Positions 42,201-60,284 of a stretch of DNA of 64,000 bases are shown piece after piece (the first letter of the stretch is position 1; every line of letters starts with the position of its first letter). Source of the DNA: the human T2T-CHM13v2.0 reference genome, Homo sapiens; the NCBI RefSeq assembly GCF_009914755.1, contig NC_060948.1. One strand, given 5' to 3'. The translations under genes were made by a program, and so were the position numbers. A model generated the notes under the pieces. It ran no database searches, was not told the origin of the DNA, and worked only from the letters and a program-made list of their open reading frames with translations.

Positions 42201-45200
42201 GGAATGGAATGGACTCGAAAGCAATGGACTGGAATGGAACTTTCTTGAATGGACTGGAATCAAACGGAATGGAATGCAATGCAATCAAATGGCATGGAAT
42301 AAAATAGAATGAAAGAGAATCAAATGGAATTGAATCGAATGGAATCGAATGGATTGGAAAGGAATAGAATGGAATGGAATGGAATTGACTCAAATGGAAT
42401 GGACTAGAATGGAATGGATTCGAATGGAAGGCAAAGGAATGGAATCTATTGGAATGGACTGTAATGGAATGGAATGGAAGGGATTGGAATGGACTCGAAT
42501 GGAATGGACTGCAATAGAAAGGATTCGAATGGAATGAAAAAGAATTGAATGGAATAGAACAGAATGGAATCAAATCGAATGAAATGGAATGGAATAGAAA
42601 GGAATGGAATGAAATGGAATGGAAAGGATTCGAATGGAATGCAATCGAATGGAATGGAATCGAACGGAATGGAATAAAATGGAAGAAAACTGGCAAGAAA
42701 TGGAATCGAAATGAATGGAGTGTTATGGAACGGACTCAAAAGGAATTGAATGTAATAGAATGGAGTGGAGTGGACTCGAATATAATGGACTGGAATGGAA
42801 TGAAATCACATGGAATGGGAACGAATGGAATGGAATGGAAAGGAATGGAATCGAATGGAAAGGAATCGAATGGAAGGGAATGAAATTGAATCAACAGGAA
42901 TGGAAGGGAATAGAATAGACGGTAATGGAATGGACTCGAATAGAATGGACACAAATGCTCAAATTGAATGGACTCGAATGCAATGGAAACGAAAGGAATG
43001 TCATCGAATGGAATTGAATCGATTGGAATGAAATCGCATAGAATGGAGTGGAATCAAATGGAATTGAATCGAAAGGAAAGGAAGCGAATGGACTGAAATG
43101 AAATGGAATGGAATTGAATGGAAAGTTATGTAATGGAATAGAATGGAACGAAATTTCACGGAATACAATCAAACTGAATGGAATCAAATCAATGGAATCA
43201 AATCAAATGGAATGGAAAGGAATTGAATGGAGTAGATTGGATTGGATGGGATTGGAATGAAATGTACTGGAAAGGACTCGAATTTCATGAAACGGAATGG
43301 AATGAATTGGAACGGAACGGACTCGAATGGAATGGAATGTCATGGAATGGCATCAAATGGAATGGCATCAAATGGAATGGAATCGAATGCAATGGAGTGC
43401 TATGGAATGGAATGGAATGCATTGGAATGGAATGTCCTCTAATGGAATGGATTCGAGTGGAATGGAATCGAATATAATGGAGTCGAATGAAATGGAATTG
43501 AAAGGAATGGGATCGAATACAATGGAATATACTGGAATGTAATGTAATGAACACGAATGTAATTGACTGGAATGGAATGTACATGAATGGAATGTAATTG
43601 AATGGAAAGTAATCCAATGGAATAGAATCTAATGCAATAAAATCGACTCAGATAGAGTAGAATGTAATGGAATGGAGTGCAGTGCAATGGAATGGAATGG
43701 AATGGAATGCAATGGAATGGAATGGAATGGAATGGAATGGGATGGAATGGTGTGGAATGGATAGTAATGGACTGGAGTGAAATGGACTGGAAAGGAATGG
43801 ACTCAAATTGAAAGGGCTCGAAAGGAATGGAGTCAAATGGAATGGTCTGGAATGGAATGAACACGAATGTAATGCAATCCAATAGAATGGAATCGAATGG
43901 CATGGAATATAAAGAAATGGAATCGAAGAGAATGGAAACAAATGGAATGGAATTGAATGGAATGGGAACGAATGGAGTGAAATTGTATGCAGTAGAAGAG
44001 AATAGAATGGAATGCAAGCGAAAGGAAAGGAATGGATTGGAATGGAATGGAATTCATTGGAATGGAAGGGAATGTAGTGTAATGGACAGGCCTGGAATAA
44101 AGTGGAATGCTACGGTCTCGAATGGAATAAAAATGTATTGAATGGAATGCAATGAAACGGAATCGAATGTCATAGAATGTAATGGAATGCAAAAAAATGG
44201 AATCCAAAATCATTGACTGGAAAGGCTGGGTGTCGAAAGGAATTGACTCCAATGGAATGGAATCGAATGGAATGGAAGTGAATAGAATCGAACTAAATCG
44301 AATGGAATGGAATTGATAGGAACGGAATGGAAAGGAATGCAATGATTTGGCATGGAATGCAATCGAATGGCATCGAATGGAATGGAATGGAATGCAATGG
44401 AATGGAATGTATTAGAATGTAATGAACTTTAATGGAATGTACTCGAATGGATTCGACTGGAATGGAATGTTCTGGAAGTGAATGGACTCCAATGGAATGG
44501 ATTCAAAAGGAATGGAATCGTACGGAATGGAATCTAATGGAATGGAATTAAATGGAAATGAATCAAATTGAATAGCACGGAATTGAATTGAGTGGAATCG
44601 AATGCAATGGAATCTAATGAAACGGAAAGGAAAGGAATGGAATGGAATGGAATGGGCTGGAATGGAAAGGAATCGAAACGAATGGAATGGAATCGAACTG
44701 AAGAGACTGGAATGGAATGCACTGGAATGGAAGGGAGTGTAATGGAAGGTTGTCGAAAAAAATGGAATCGAATGGAATGGAATTGAATGGAACGGAATAG
44801 AGTCGAATGGAATTGAATGGAATGGAATGGACTAGAGTGAAATGGAATCGAACCACAAGGAATGGACAGGAATAGAATGGTCTCGAATTGAATGGAATCG
44901 TATGGAATGGCATCAAACGGAATGGAATGGACAGCCACGGAATGGAATGCACTCGAATGCAATGGAGTCGAAACTAATGGACTGGAATAGAATGGACTCG
45001 ACTGGTACGGACTCCAATGGAATGGAATCGAATGGAAGGGAATCGAACGGAATGGACTCGAAGGGAAAAGACTGCAATGGAGAGGTCTCGAATGGAATGG
45101 AAATTAATGGAATGGAATGGAATCGAATGAAATGGAGTCAAAAGGAATGGAATCGAATGGCAAGAAATCGAATGTAATGGAATCGCAAGGAATTGATGTG

Positions 45201-47130
45201 AACGGAACGGAATGGAATGGAATCCAAAGGAATGGAATAGAATGGAATGGAATCGAATGGAAAGGACTCGAATGGAAATCACTCGAATAGAATGCAATTT
45301 AATAAAATAGGATCAAATGTAATGGAATGGAATGGAAAGGAATCGAAACGAAAGGAATGGAGACAGATGGAATGGAATGGAACAGAGAGCAATGGTATAG
45401 AATGGAATGGAATCATCTGGAATGGAATTGAATGGAATGGAATAACATGAAATGGACTGGAATGGAATGGAATGCCCTTGAATTAAATGGACTGGAATGG
45501 AATGGACTCGAACAGAGTGGAATGGAAAGTGTTGAAATAGAATGGAATGGACTGGTTTGGAATGGTCTAGTATGCAATGCAATCGACTGGCAGGGAATCA
45601 AAAGGAATGTAATCGAATGGATTGGACTGGAATGCAATGGACTCGAATAGATTGGAAACGGAATGCAAAGGAATGGAATGGAATAGTATGGAATGGAATG
45701 GAAAGGAATGGAGTGGAATAGACTAGAGTGGAATGGAATGGACTCGAAAGCAATGGACTGGAATGGAACTTTCCTGAATGGACTGGAATCAAACGGAATG
45801 GAATGCAATGCAATCAAATGGCATGGAATAAAATAGAATGAAAGAGAATCAAATGGAATTGAATCGAATGGAATCGAATGGATTGGAAAGGAATAGAATG
45901 GAATGGAATGGAATGGACTCAAATGGAATGGACTAGAATGGAATGGATTCGAATGGAAGGCAAAGGAATGGAATCTATTGGAATGGACTGTAATGGAATG
46001 GAATGGAAGGGATTGGAATGGACTCGAATGGAATGGACTGCAATAGAAAGGATTCGAATGGAATGAAAAAGTATTGAATGGAATAGAACAGAATGGAATC
46101 AAATCGAATTAAATGGAATGGAATAGAAAGGAATGGAATGAAATGGAATGGAAAGGATTCGAATGGAATGCAATCGAATGGAATGGAATCGAACGCAATG
46201 GAATAAAATGGAAGAAAACTGGCAAGAAATGGAATCGAAATGAATGGAGTGTTATGGAACGGACTCAAAAGGAATTGAATGTAATAGAATGGAGTGGAGT
46301 GGACTCGAATATAATGGACTGGAATGGAATGAAATCACATGGAATGGGAACGAATGGAATGGAATGGAAAGGAATGGAATCGAATGGAAAGGAATCGAAT
46401 GGAAGGGAATGAAATTGAATCAACAGGAATGGAAGGGAATAGAATAGACGGTAATGGAATGGACTCGAATAGAATGGACACGAATGCTCAAATTGAATGG
46501 ACTCGAATGGAATGGAAACGAAAGGAATGTCATCGAATGGAATTGAATCGATTGGAATGAAATCGCATAGAATGGAGTGGAATCAAATGGAATTGAATCG
46601 AAAGGAAAGGAAGCGAATGGACTGAAATGAAATGGAATGGAATTGAATGGAAAGTAATGCAATGGAATAGAATGGAACGAAATTTCACGGAATGGAATCA
46701 AACTGAATGGAATCAAATCAATGGAATCAAATCAAATGGAATGGAAAGGAATTGAATGGAGTAGATTGGATTGGATGGGATTGGAATGAAATGTACTGGA
46801 AAGGACTCGAATTTCATGAAACGGAATGGAATGAATTGGAACGGAATGGACTCGAATGGAATGGAATGTCATGGAATGGCATCAAATGGAATGGCATCAA
46901 ATGGAATGGAATCGAATGTAATGGAATGGAATGCATTGGAATGGAATGTCCTCTAATGGAATGGATTCGAGTGGAATGGAATCGAATATAATGGAGTCGA
47001 ATGAAATGGAATTGAAAGGAATGGGATCGAATACAATGGAATATACTGGAATGTAATGTAATGAACTCGAATGTATTTGACTGGAATGGAATGTACATGA
47101 ATGGAATGTAATCGAATGGAAAGTAATCCA

Positions 47131-47170
47131 ATGGAATAGAATCATATATGATATATAATATATGTATAAT
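47131..47170. other. DYZ1/DYZ2 array junction
   Basis: Seen: ...atggaatagaATCatatatgatatataata... DYZ1 would continue gaatctaatgc and DYZ2 reads gtatcatatata, so ATC (47141-47143) is shared by both. Confidence 0.92.
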
Positions 47171-47870
47171 ATTCTTTTACATCCTGCATCTTATGTTATA
47201 TATATTGTATAAAATATAATAATTGATTATATATACTTTTATAACATAATTTACATAAAATATCATAATATAATATATATTATATTATTTCATATTACAT
47301 AATATATATTACATATCACCCAATATAAGTAACATACATAATATTATAATATAGATTATATTATGTTATATTAAATATCATATATATTATGTAACATATA
47401 TTCTATAATATATATTATACATTATATAATATGTATGTTGTCTATTATGTGATATATATAACTATACATATAATTATATTATTATACGAATAACTAGATA
47501 AACATGTAATTCTACATATTTTCATTTATAATATATAGAATTATATAATCATATATAATTATGTATATTCTATAAAAAATTATATCATTATATAAATTAT
47601 AATATATAAAAATTATAATATGTACTGCAAATATATATATTATATATCATATATGATATAGTACCTTTGTTATATATCATAATACATATAAATGTGTATT
47701 ATGTTATCTATAATTATATAATTTCATATATAAGTTGTATAATATGTATTATATATTATATATGTTAAGTAATATATATAGTATATATAAGATGACACAG
47801 GATAAATATTATATACTATGACATATAAGATATATGAGGTTATATGTTTCATATAAGGCATAGCACATAA

Positions 47871-48185
<315 letters not shown>

Positions 48186-48750
48186 AGATCCATATTTTTT
48201 AAATGAAAAAAAATTTCAAAGGTACTCTGCTTGGTACAATAATCAAATGTATAAACTGAGGAATAAAACATAACCATGAAACCTACTTATAACTGCATAT
48301 GGAAAATACAGAGGATAATTTTTTAAATAACATATTGTTAAAGCCTTAACTAGTAATTTGAAGAGTTGGCATTTGAAAGGCCAGTATGAATATACCTTCA
48401 CAGCAGCAACACAGGTTCCCCATGAGAAAAAGCAAACTCAGGGAAAATAAAACCACAAAGGTTCAATCTCTTCTGACCTTTGAAAGACACAGCACAGACA
48501 GTGGTCCTTAGGACGAAGAGCAGGAGACCCCTAATTCCGTCACCATGGCGATAGGGCATAAACATTGCTGGGTAAGGGCACAATCCACATTGTGAGCTCC
48601 AACTGCTGCCAGGAAGACAGCAGTGCTTTTACATAGACCGAAAGGTCATTGAAGGCTCAGAGTTTTGTTTCAAGAACTGAATCCCAAGCCCACACGTTAT
48701 TAGGCTGCGCTTCTTAAAACAAGTTATGAGATGGGAAAAAGGGCACCCAC
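48186..48750. repeat. HSATI-like complex-sequence segment of the DYZ2 unit (~565 bp). Further copies at about 50606-51170, 53026-53590, 55446-56010, 57865-58429, 60285-60849 and 62704-63268
   Basis: Seen: moderate-GC, non-low-complexity block between the Alu end (tgagcca) and the onset of AT-rich sequence (gggcacccac). The HSATI name is inferred from the known composition of DYZ2, not from an alignment. Boundaries are approximate. Confidence 0.75.
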
Positions 48751-50605
<1,855 letters not shown>

Positions 50606-52710
50606 AGATCCATATTTTTTAAATGAAAAAAAATTTCAAAGGTACTCTGCTTGGTACAATAATCAAATGTATAAACTGAGGAATAAAACATAACCATGAA
50701 ACCTACTTATAACTGCATATGGAAAATACAGAGGATAATTTTTTAAATAACATATTTTGAAAGCCTTAACTAGTAATTTGAAGAGTTGGCATTTGAAAGG
50801 CCAGTATGAATATACCTTCAAAGCAGCAACACAGGTTCCCCATGAGAAAAAGCAAACTCAGGGAAAATAAAACCACAAAGGTTCAATCTCTTCTGACCTT
50901 TGAAAGACACAGCACAGACAGTGGTCCTTAGGACGAAGAGCAGGAGACCCCTAATTCCGTCACCATGGCGATAGGGCATAAACATTGCTGGGTGAGGGCA
51001 CAATCCACATTGTGAGGTCCAAGTGCTGCCAGGAAGACAGGAGTGCTTTTACATAGACCGAAAGGTCATTGAAGGCTCAGAGTTTTGTTTCAAGAACTGA
51101 ATCCGAAGCCCACACGTTATTAGGCTGCGCGTCTTAAAACAAGTTATGAGATGGGAAAAAGAGCACCCACAAACATACGTATACATTATGTATATAATAA
51201 TATACAGTATCATATATATAATATATATAACCTATGTATAATATTGTTTTACATCCTGCATCTTATGTTATATATATTGTATAAAATATAATAATTGATA
51301 ATATATAAGTTTTATATTTATACAATATGACATATAGTATATATTATAATTTATGACATATATAATATATGTTATATATCATATATAGAATATATTATAC
51401 GGTTAATATACGTATTAAATATAAATTATACATTATATATATTATATATAATATATCTGTTATATATAATACCCATTATGCATAATATATATATTATGTC
51501 TATGTTATATATAGTATAAAACAACATATAATAATATATAATTGTATACATAAAATGCGACATATAATATATATTATATTTTATGACATATGTAATATAT
51601 ATTATATATTATATATAATGCGTTGTATGTATAATACGTATATTAAATATATATTACATGACTATGTTATTAATTACATGTCACATGTGTTATATATTAT
51701 TTATTTTACATAGAATATACCGGTTACATACAATATATAGTATGTTACCTATAATGTATAATTTATTACATGTAAAATAAAGAATGCAATATATTATGCA
51801 TAATTTATAATATACAATATGTGGAATGTGATATATATAACATATAATATATGATATATGATATAGAGTATATGATATATAACATACAATATATGATACC
51901 TAATATATATGATATACAATATATATTTTATGATATGTATTCTATATGTTATATTTTCTGTTATATATAACTGTTTGAAATTATATATAACTGTATAATA
52001 TTTTAGGTACATATGTAATATAATATATATAAGTTTATAATATATTATATATAACTATATATTATGTTATATATACTTTTATAACATAATTTACATAAAA
52101 TATCATAATATAATATATATTATATTATTTCATATTACATAATATATATTACATATCACCCAATATAAGTAACATACATAATATTATAATATAGATTATA
52201 TTATGTTATATTAAATATCATATATATCATGTATCATATATTCTATAATATATATTATACATTATATAATATGTATGTTGTCTATTATGTGATATATATA
52301 ACTATATATATAATTATATTATTATACATATAACTAGATAAACATGTAATTCTACATATTTTCATTTATAATATATAGAATTATATAATCATATATAATT
52401 ATTTATATTCTATAAAAAATTATATCATTATATAAATTAGAATATATAAAAATTATAATATGAACTACAAACATATATATTATATATCATATATGATATA
52501 GTACCTTTGTTATATATCATAATACATATAAATGTGTATTATGTTATCTATAATTATATAATTTCATATATAAGATGTATAATATGTATTATTTATTATA
52601 TACGTTATGTAATATATATAGTATATATAAGCTGACACAGGATAAATATTATATACTATGACATATAAAATATATGAGGTTATATGTTACATATAAGGCA
52701 TAGCACATAA

Positions 52711-53025
<315 letters not shown>

Positions 53026-55130
53026 AGATCCATATTTTTTAAATGAAAAAAAATTTCAAAGGTACTCTGCTTGGTACAATAATCAAATGTATAAACTGAG
53101 GAATAAAACATAACCATGAAACCTACTTATAACTGCATATGGAAAATACAGAGGATAATTTTTTAAATAACATATTTTGAAAGCCTTAACTAGTAATTTG
53201 AAGAGTTGGCATTTGAAAGGCCAGTATGAATATACCTTCAAAGCAGCAACACAGGTTCCCCATGAGAACAAGCAAACTCAGGGAAAATAAAACCACAAAG
53301 GTTCAATCTCTTCTGACCTTTGAAAGACACAGCACAGACAGTGGTCCTTAGGACGAAGAGCAGGAGACCCCTAATTCCGTCACCATGGCGATAGGGCATA
53401 AATATTGCTGGGTGAGGGCACAATCCACCTTGTGAGGTCCAACTGCTGCCAGGAAGACAGGAGTGCTTTTACATAGACCGAAAGGTCATTGAAGGCTCAG
53501 AGTTTTGTTTCAAGAACTGAATCCCAAGCCCACACGTTATTAGGCTGCGCTTCTTAAAACAAGTTATGAGATGGGAAAAAGGGCACCCACAAACATACGT
53601 ATACATTATGTATATAATAATATACAGTATCATATATATAATATATATAACCTATGTATAATATTGTTTTACATGCTGCATCTTATGTTATGTATATTGT
53701 ATAAAATATAATAATTGATAATATATAAGTTTTATATTTATACAATATGACATATAGTATATATTATAATTTATGACATATATAATATATGTTATATATC
53801 ATATATAGAATATATTATACGGTTAATATACGTATTAAATATAAATTATACATTATATATATTATATATAATATATCTGTTATATATAATACCCATTATG
53901 CATAATATATATATTATGTCTATGTTATATATAGTATAAAACAACATATAATAATATATAATTGTATATATAAAATGAGACATATAATATATATTATATT
54001 TTATGACATATGTAATATATATTATATATTATATATAATACGTTGTATGTATAATACCTATAATAAATATATATTATATGACTATGTTATTAATTACATG
54101 TCACATGTGTTATATATTATATATTTTACATAGAATATACCGGTTACATACAATATATACTATGTTACCTATAATGTATAATTTATTACATGTAAAACAA
54201 AGAATGCAGTATATTATGTATAATTTATAATATACAATATGTGGAATGTGATATATATAACATATAATATATGATATATGATATACAGTATATGATATAT
54301 ACCATACAATATACGATACCTAATATATATGGTATACAATATATATTTTATGATATGTATTCTATATGTTTTATATTCTGTTATATATAACTATTTGAAA
54401 TTATATATAACTGTATAATATTTTATGTAAATATGTAATATAATATATATAACTATATAATATATTATATATAACTATATATTATGTTATATATACTTTT
54501 ATAACATAATTTACATAAAATATCATAATATAATATATATTATATTATTTCATATTACATAATATATATTACATATCACCAAATATAAGTAACATACATA
54601 ATATTATAATATAGATTATATTATGTTATATTAAATATCATATATATCATGTATCATATATTCTATAATATATATTATACATTATATAATATGTATGTTG
54701 TCTATTATGTGATATATATAACTATATATATAATTATATTATTATACATATAACTAGATAAACATGTAATTCTACATATTTTCATTTATAATATATAGAA
54801 TTATATAATCATATATAATTATTTATATTCTATAAAAAATTATATCATTATATAAATTATAATATATAAAAATTATAATATGTACTACAAATATATATAT
54901 TATATATCATATATGATATAGTACCTTTGTTATATATCATAATACATATAAATGTGTATTATGTTATCTATAATTATATAATTTCATATATAAGATGTAT
55001 AATATTTATTATATATTATATATGTTATGTAATATATATAGTATATATAAGATGACACAGGATAAATATTATATACTATGACATATAAAATATATGAGGT
55101 TATATGTTACATATAAGGCATAGCACATAA

Positions 55131-55445
<315 letters not shown>

Positions 55446-57549
55446 AGATCCATATTTTTTAAATGAAAAAAAATTTCAAAGGTACTCTGCTAGGTACAAT
55501 AATCAAATGTATAAACTGAGGAAGAAAACATAACCATGAAACCTACTTATAACTGCATATGGAAAATACAGAGGATAATTTTTTAAATAACATATTTTGA
55601 AAGCCTTAACTAGTAATTTGAAGAGTTGGCATTTGAAAGGCCAGTATGAATATACCTTCAAAGCAGCAACACAGGTTCCCCATGAGAAAAAGCAAACTCA
55701 GGGAAAATAAAACCACAAAGGTTCAATCTCTTCTGACCTTTGAAAGACACAGCACAGACAGTGGTCCTTAGGACGAAGAGCAGGAGACCCCTAATTCCGT
55801 CACCATGGCGATAGGGCATAAACACTGCTGGGTGAGGGCACAATCCACATTGTGAGGTCCAACTGCTGCCAGGAAGACAGGAGTGCTTTTACATAGACCG
55901 AAAGGTCATTGAAGGCTCAGAGTTTTGTTTCAAGAACTGAATCCCAAGCCCACACGTTATTAGGCTGCGCTTCTTAAAACAAGTTATGAGATGGGAAAAA
56001 GGGCACCCACAGACATACGTATACATTATGTATATAATAATATACAGTATCATATATATAATATATATAACCTATGTATAATATTGTTTTACATCCTGCA
56101 TCTTATACTATATATATTGTATAAAGTATAATAATTGATAATATATAAATTTTATATTTATACAATATGACATATAGTATATATTATAATTTATGACATA
56201 TATAATATATGTTATATATCATATATAGAATATATTATACGGTTAATATACGTATTAAATATAAATTATACATTATATATATTATATATAATATATCTGT
56301 TACATATAATACCCATTATGCATAATATATATATTATGTCTATGTTATATATAGTATAAAACAACATATAATAATATATAATTGTATATATAAAATGCGA
56401 CATATAATATATATTATATTTTATGACATATGTAATATATATTATATATTATATATAATACGTTGTATGTATAATACCTAAAATAAATATATATTATATG
56501 ACTATGTTATTAATTACATGTCACATGTGTTATATATTATATATTTTACATAGAATATACCGGTTACATACAATATATACTATGTTACCTATAATGTATA
56601 ATTTATTACATGTAAAATAAAGAATGCAATATATTATGTATAATTTATAATATACAATATGTGGAATGTGATATATATAACATATAATATATGATATATG
56701 ATATACAGTATATGATATATAACATACAATATATGATACCTAATATATATGGTATACAATATATATTTTATGATATGTATTCTATATGTTTTATATTCTG
56801 TTATATATAACTATTTGAAATTATATATAACTGTATAATATTTTATATAAATATGTAATATAATATATATAACTATATAATATATTATATATAACTACAT
56901 ATTATGTTATATATACTTTTATAACATAATTTACATAAAATATCATAATATAATATATATTATATTATTTCATATTACATAATATATATTACATATCACC
57001 CAATATAAGTAACATACATAATATTATAATATAGATTATATTATGTTATATTAAATATCATATATATCATGTATCATATAATCTATAATATATATTATAC
57101 ATTATATAATACGTATGTTGTCTATTATGTGATATATATAACTATATATATAATTATATTATTATACATATAACTAGATAAACATGTAATTCTACATATT
57201 TTCATTTATAATGTATAGAATTATATAATCATATAAATTATTTATGTTCTATAAAAAATTATATCATTATATAAATTATAATATATAAAAATTATAATAT
57301 GTACTACAAATATATATATTATATATCATATATGATGTAGTACCTTTGTTATATATCATAATACATATAAATGTGTATTATGTTATCTATAATTATATAA
57401 TTTCATATATAAGATGTATAATATTTATTATATATTATATATGTTATGTAATATATATAGTATATATAAGATGACACAGGATAAATATTATATACTATGA
57501 CATATAAAATATATGAGGTTATATGTTACATATAAGGCATAGCACATAA

Positions 57550-57864
<315 letters not shown>

Positions 57865-59969
57865 AGATCCATATTTTTTAAATGAAAAAAAATTTCAAAG
57901 GTACTCTGCTTGGTACAATAATCAAATGTATAAACTGAGGAATAAAACATAACCATGAAACCTACTTATAACTGCATATGGAAAATACAGAGGATAATTT
58001 TTTAAATAACATATTTTGAAAGCCTTAACTAGTAATTTGAAGAGTTGGCATTTGAAAGGCCAGTATGAATATACCTTCAAAGCAGCAACACAGGTTCCCC
58101 ATGAGAAAAAGCAAACTCAGGGAAAATAAAACCACAAAGGTTCAATCTCTTCTGACCTTTGAAAGACACAGCACAGACAGTGGTCCTTAGGACGAAGAGC
58201 AGGAGACCCCTAATTCCGTCACCATGGCGATAGGGCATAAACACTGCTGGGTGAGGGCACAATCCACATTGTGAGGTCCAGCTGCTGCCAGGAAGACAGG
58301 AGTGCTTTTACATAGACCGAAAGGTCATTGAAGGCTCAGAGTTTTGTTTCAAGAACTGAATCCCAAGCCCACACGTTATTAGGCTGCGCTTCTTAAAACA
58401 AGTTATGAGATGGGAAAAAGGGCACCCACAAACATACGTATACATTATGTATATAATAATATACAGTATCATATATATAATATATATAACCTATGTATAA
58501 TATTGTTTTACATGCTGCATCTTATGTTATGTATATTGTATAAAATATAATAATTGATAATATATAAGTTTTATATTTATACAATATGACATATAGTATA
58601 TATTATAATTTATGACATATATAATATATGTTATATATCATATATAGAATATATTATACGGTTAATATACGTATTAAATATAAATTATACATTATATATA
58701 TTATATATAATATATCTGTTATATATAATACCCATTATGCATAATATATATATTATGTCTATGTTATATATAGTATAAAACAACATATAATAATATATAA
58801 TTGTATATATAAAATGAGACATATAATATATATTATATTTTATAACATATGTAATATATATTATATATTATATATAATACGTTGTATGTATAATACCTAT
58901 AATAAATATATATTATATGACTATGTTATTAATTACATGTCACATGTGTTATATATTATATATTTTACATAGAATATACCGGTTACATACAATATATACT
59001 ATGTTACCTATAATGTATAATTTATTACATGTAAAACAAAGAATGCAGTATATTATGTATAATTTATAATATACAATATGTGGAATGTGATATATATAAC
59101 ATATAATATATGATATATGATATACAGTATATGATATATACCATACAATATACGATACCTAATATATATGGTATACAATATATATTTTATGATATGTATT
59201 CTATATGTTTTATATTCTGTTATATATAACTATTTGAAATTATATATAACTGTATAATATTTTATGTAAATATGTAATATAATATATATAACTATATAAT
59301 ATATTATATATAACTATATATTATGTTATATATACTTTTATAACATAATTTACATAAAATATCATAATATAATATATATTATATTATTTCATATTACATA
59401 ATATATATTACATATCACCAAATATAAGTAACATACATAATATTATAATATAGATTATATTATGTTATATTAAATATCATATATATCATGTATCATATAT
59501 TCTATAATATATATTATACATTATATAATATGTATGTTGTCTATTATGTGATATATATAACTATATATATAATTATATTATTATACATATAACTAGATAA
59601 ACATGTAATTCTACATATTTTCATTTATAATATATAGAATTATATAATCATATATAATTATTTATATTCTATAAAAAATTATATCATTATATAAATTATA
59701 ATATATAAAAATTATAATATGTACTACAAATATATATATTATATATCATATATGATATAGTACCTTTGTTATATATCATAATACATATAAATGTGTATTA
59801 TGTTATCTATAATTATATAATTTCATATATAAGAGGTATAATATTTATTATATATTATATATGTTATGTAATATATATAGTATATATAAGATGACACAGG
59901 ATAAATATTATATACTATGACATATAAAATATATGAGGTTATATGTTACATATAAGGCATAGCACATAA

Positions 59970-60284
<315 letters not shown>

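Larger units (their letters stand above)
1..47143 (+). repeat. DYZ1: DYZ1 / Human satellite 3 (HSat3) array: degenerate (GGAAT)n with a ~3.55 kb higher-order unit, about 13.3 copies; open at the left window edge
   Basis: Seen: near-continuous GGAAT/CGAAT/GGACT pentamers. A single GGCC (ggacaggcctggaataaag) recurs at 1561, 5090, 8619, 12178, 15727, 19283, 22832, 26381, 29930, 33473, 37017, 40560 and 44089 (spacings 3529, 3529, 3559, 3549, 3556, 3549, 3549, 3549, 3543, 3544, 3543, 3529), with an EcoRI site 39 bp upstream of each. Established: the ~3.4-3.6 kb HaeIII/EcoRI pentameric repeat adjoining DYZ2 is the human Yq12 DYZ1 family. Confidence 0.96.

Noticed and set aside
1-47143. Inversion within DYZ1, or an internal half-unit (~1.8 kb) dimer structure
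   Set aside because: The + strand stays GGAAT-oriented throughout, and I could not identify convincing half-unit similarity beyond the pentamer background. An autocorrelation analysis would be needed to exclude it.
31-47145. Hundreds of ORFs (MEWNG... on +, FHSIP... on -, up to 313 aa)
   Set aside because: They are direct translations of (GGAAT)n/(ATTCC)n, which lacks stop codons. They recur with the satellite period, overlap in all frames, mostly use non-ATG starts on the minus strand, and have no domain-like content.
48398-48583. 61-aa minus-strand ORF (MCPHPA..) present in all seven DYZ2 units
   Set aside because: It starts at TTG, is short and resembles no family I recognise. Its conservation just reflects near-identical repeat units, and the observed changes are largely non-synonymous.
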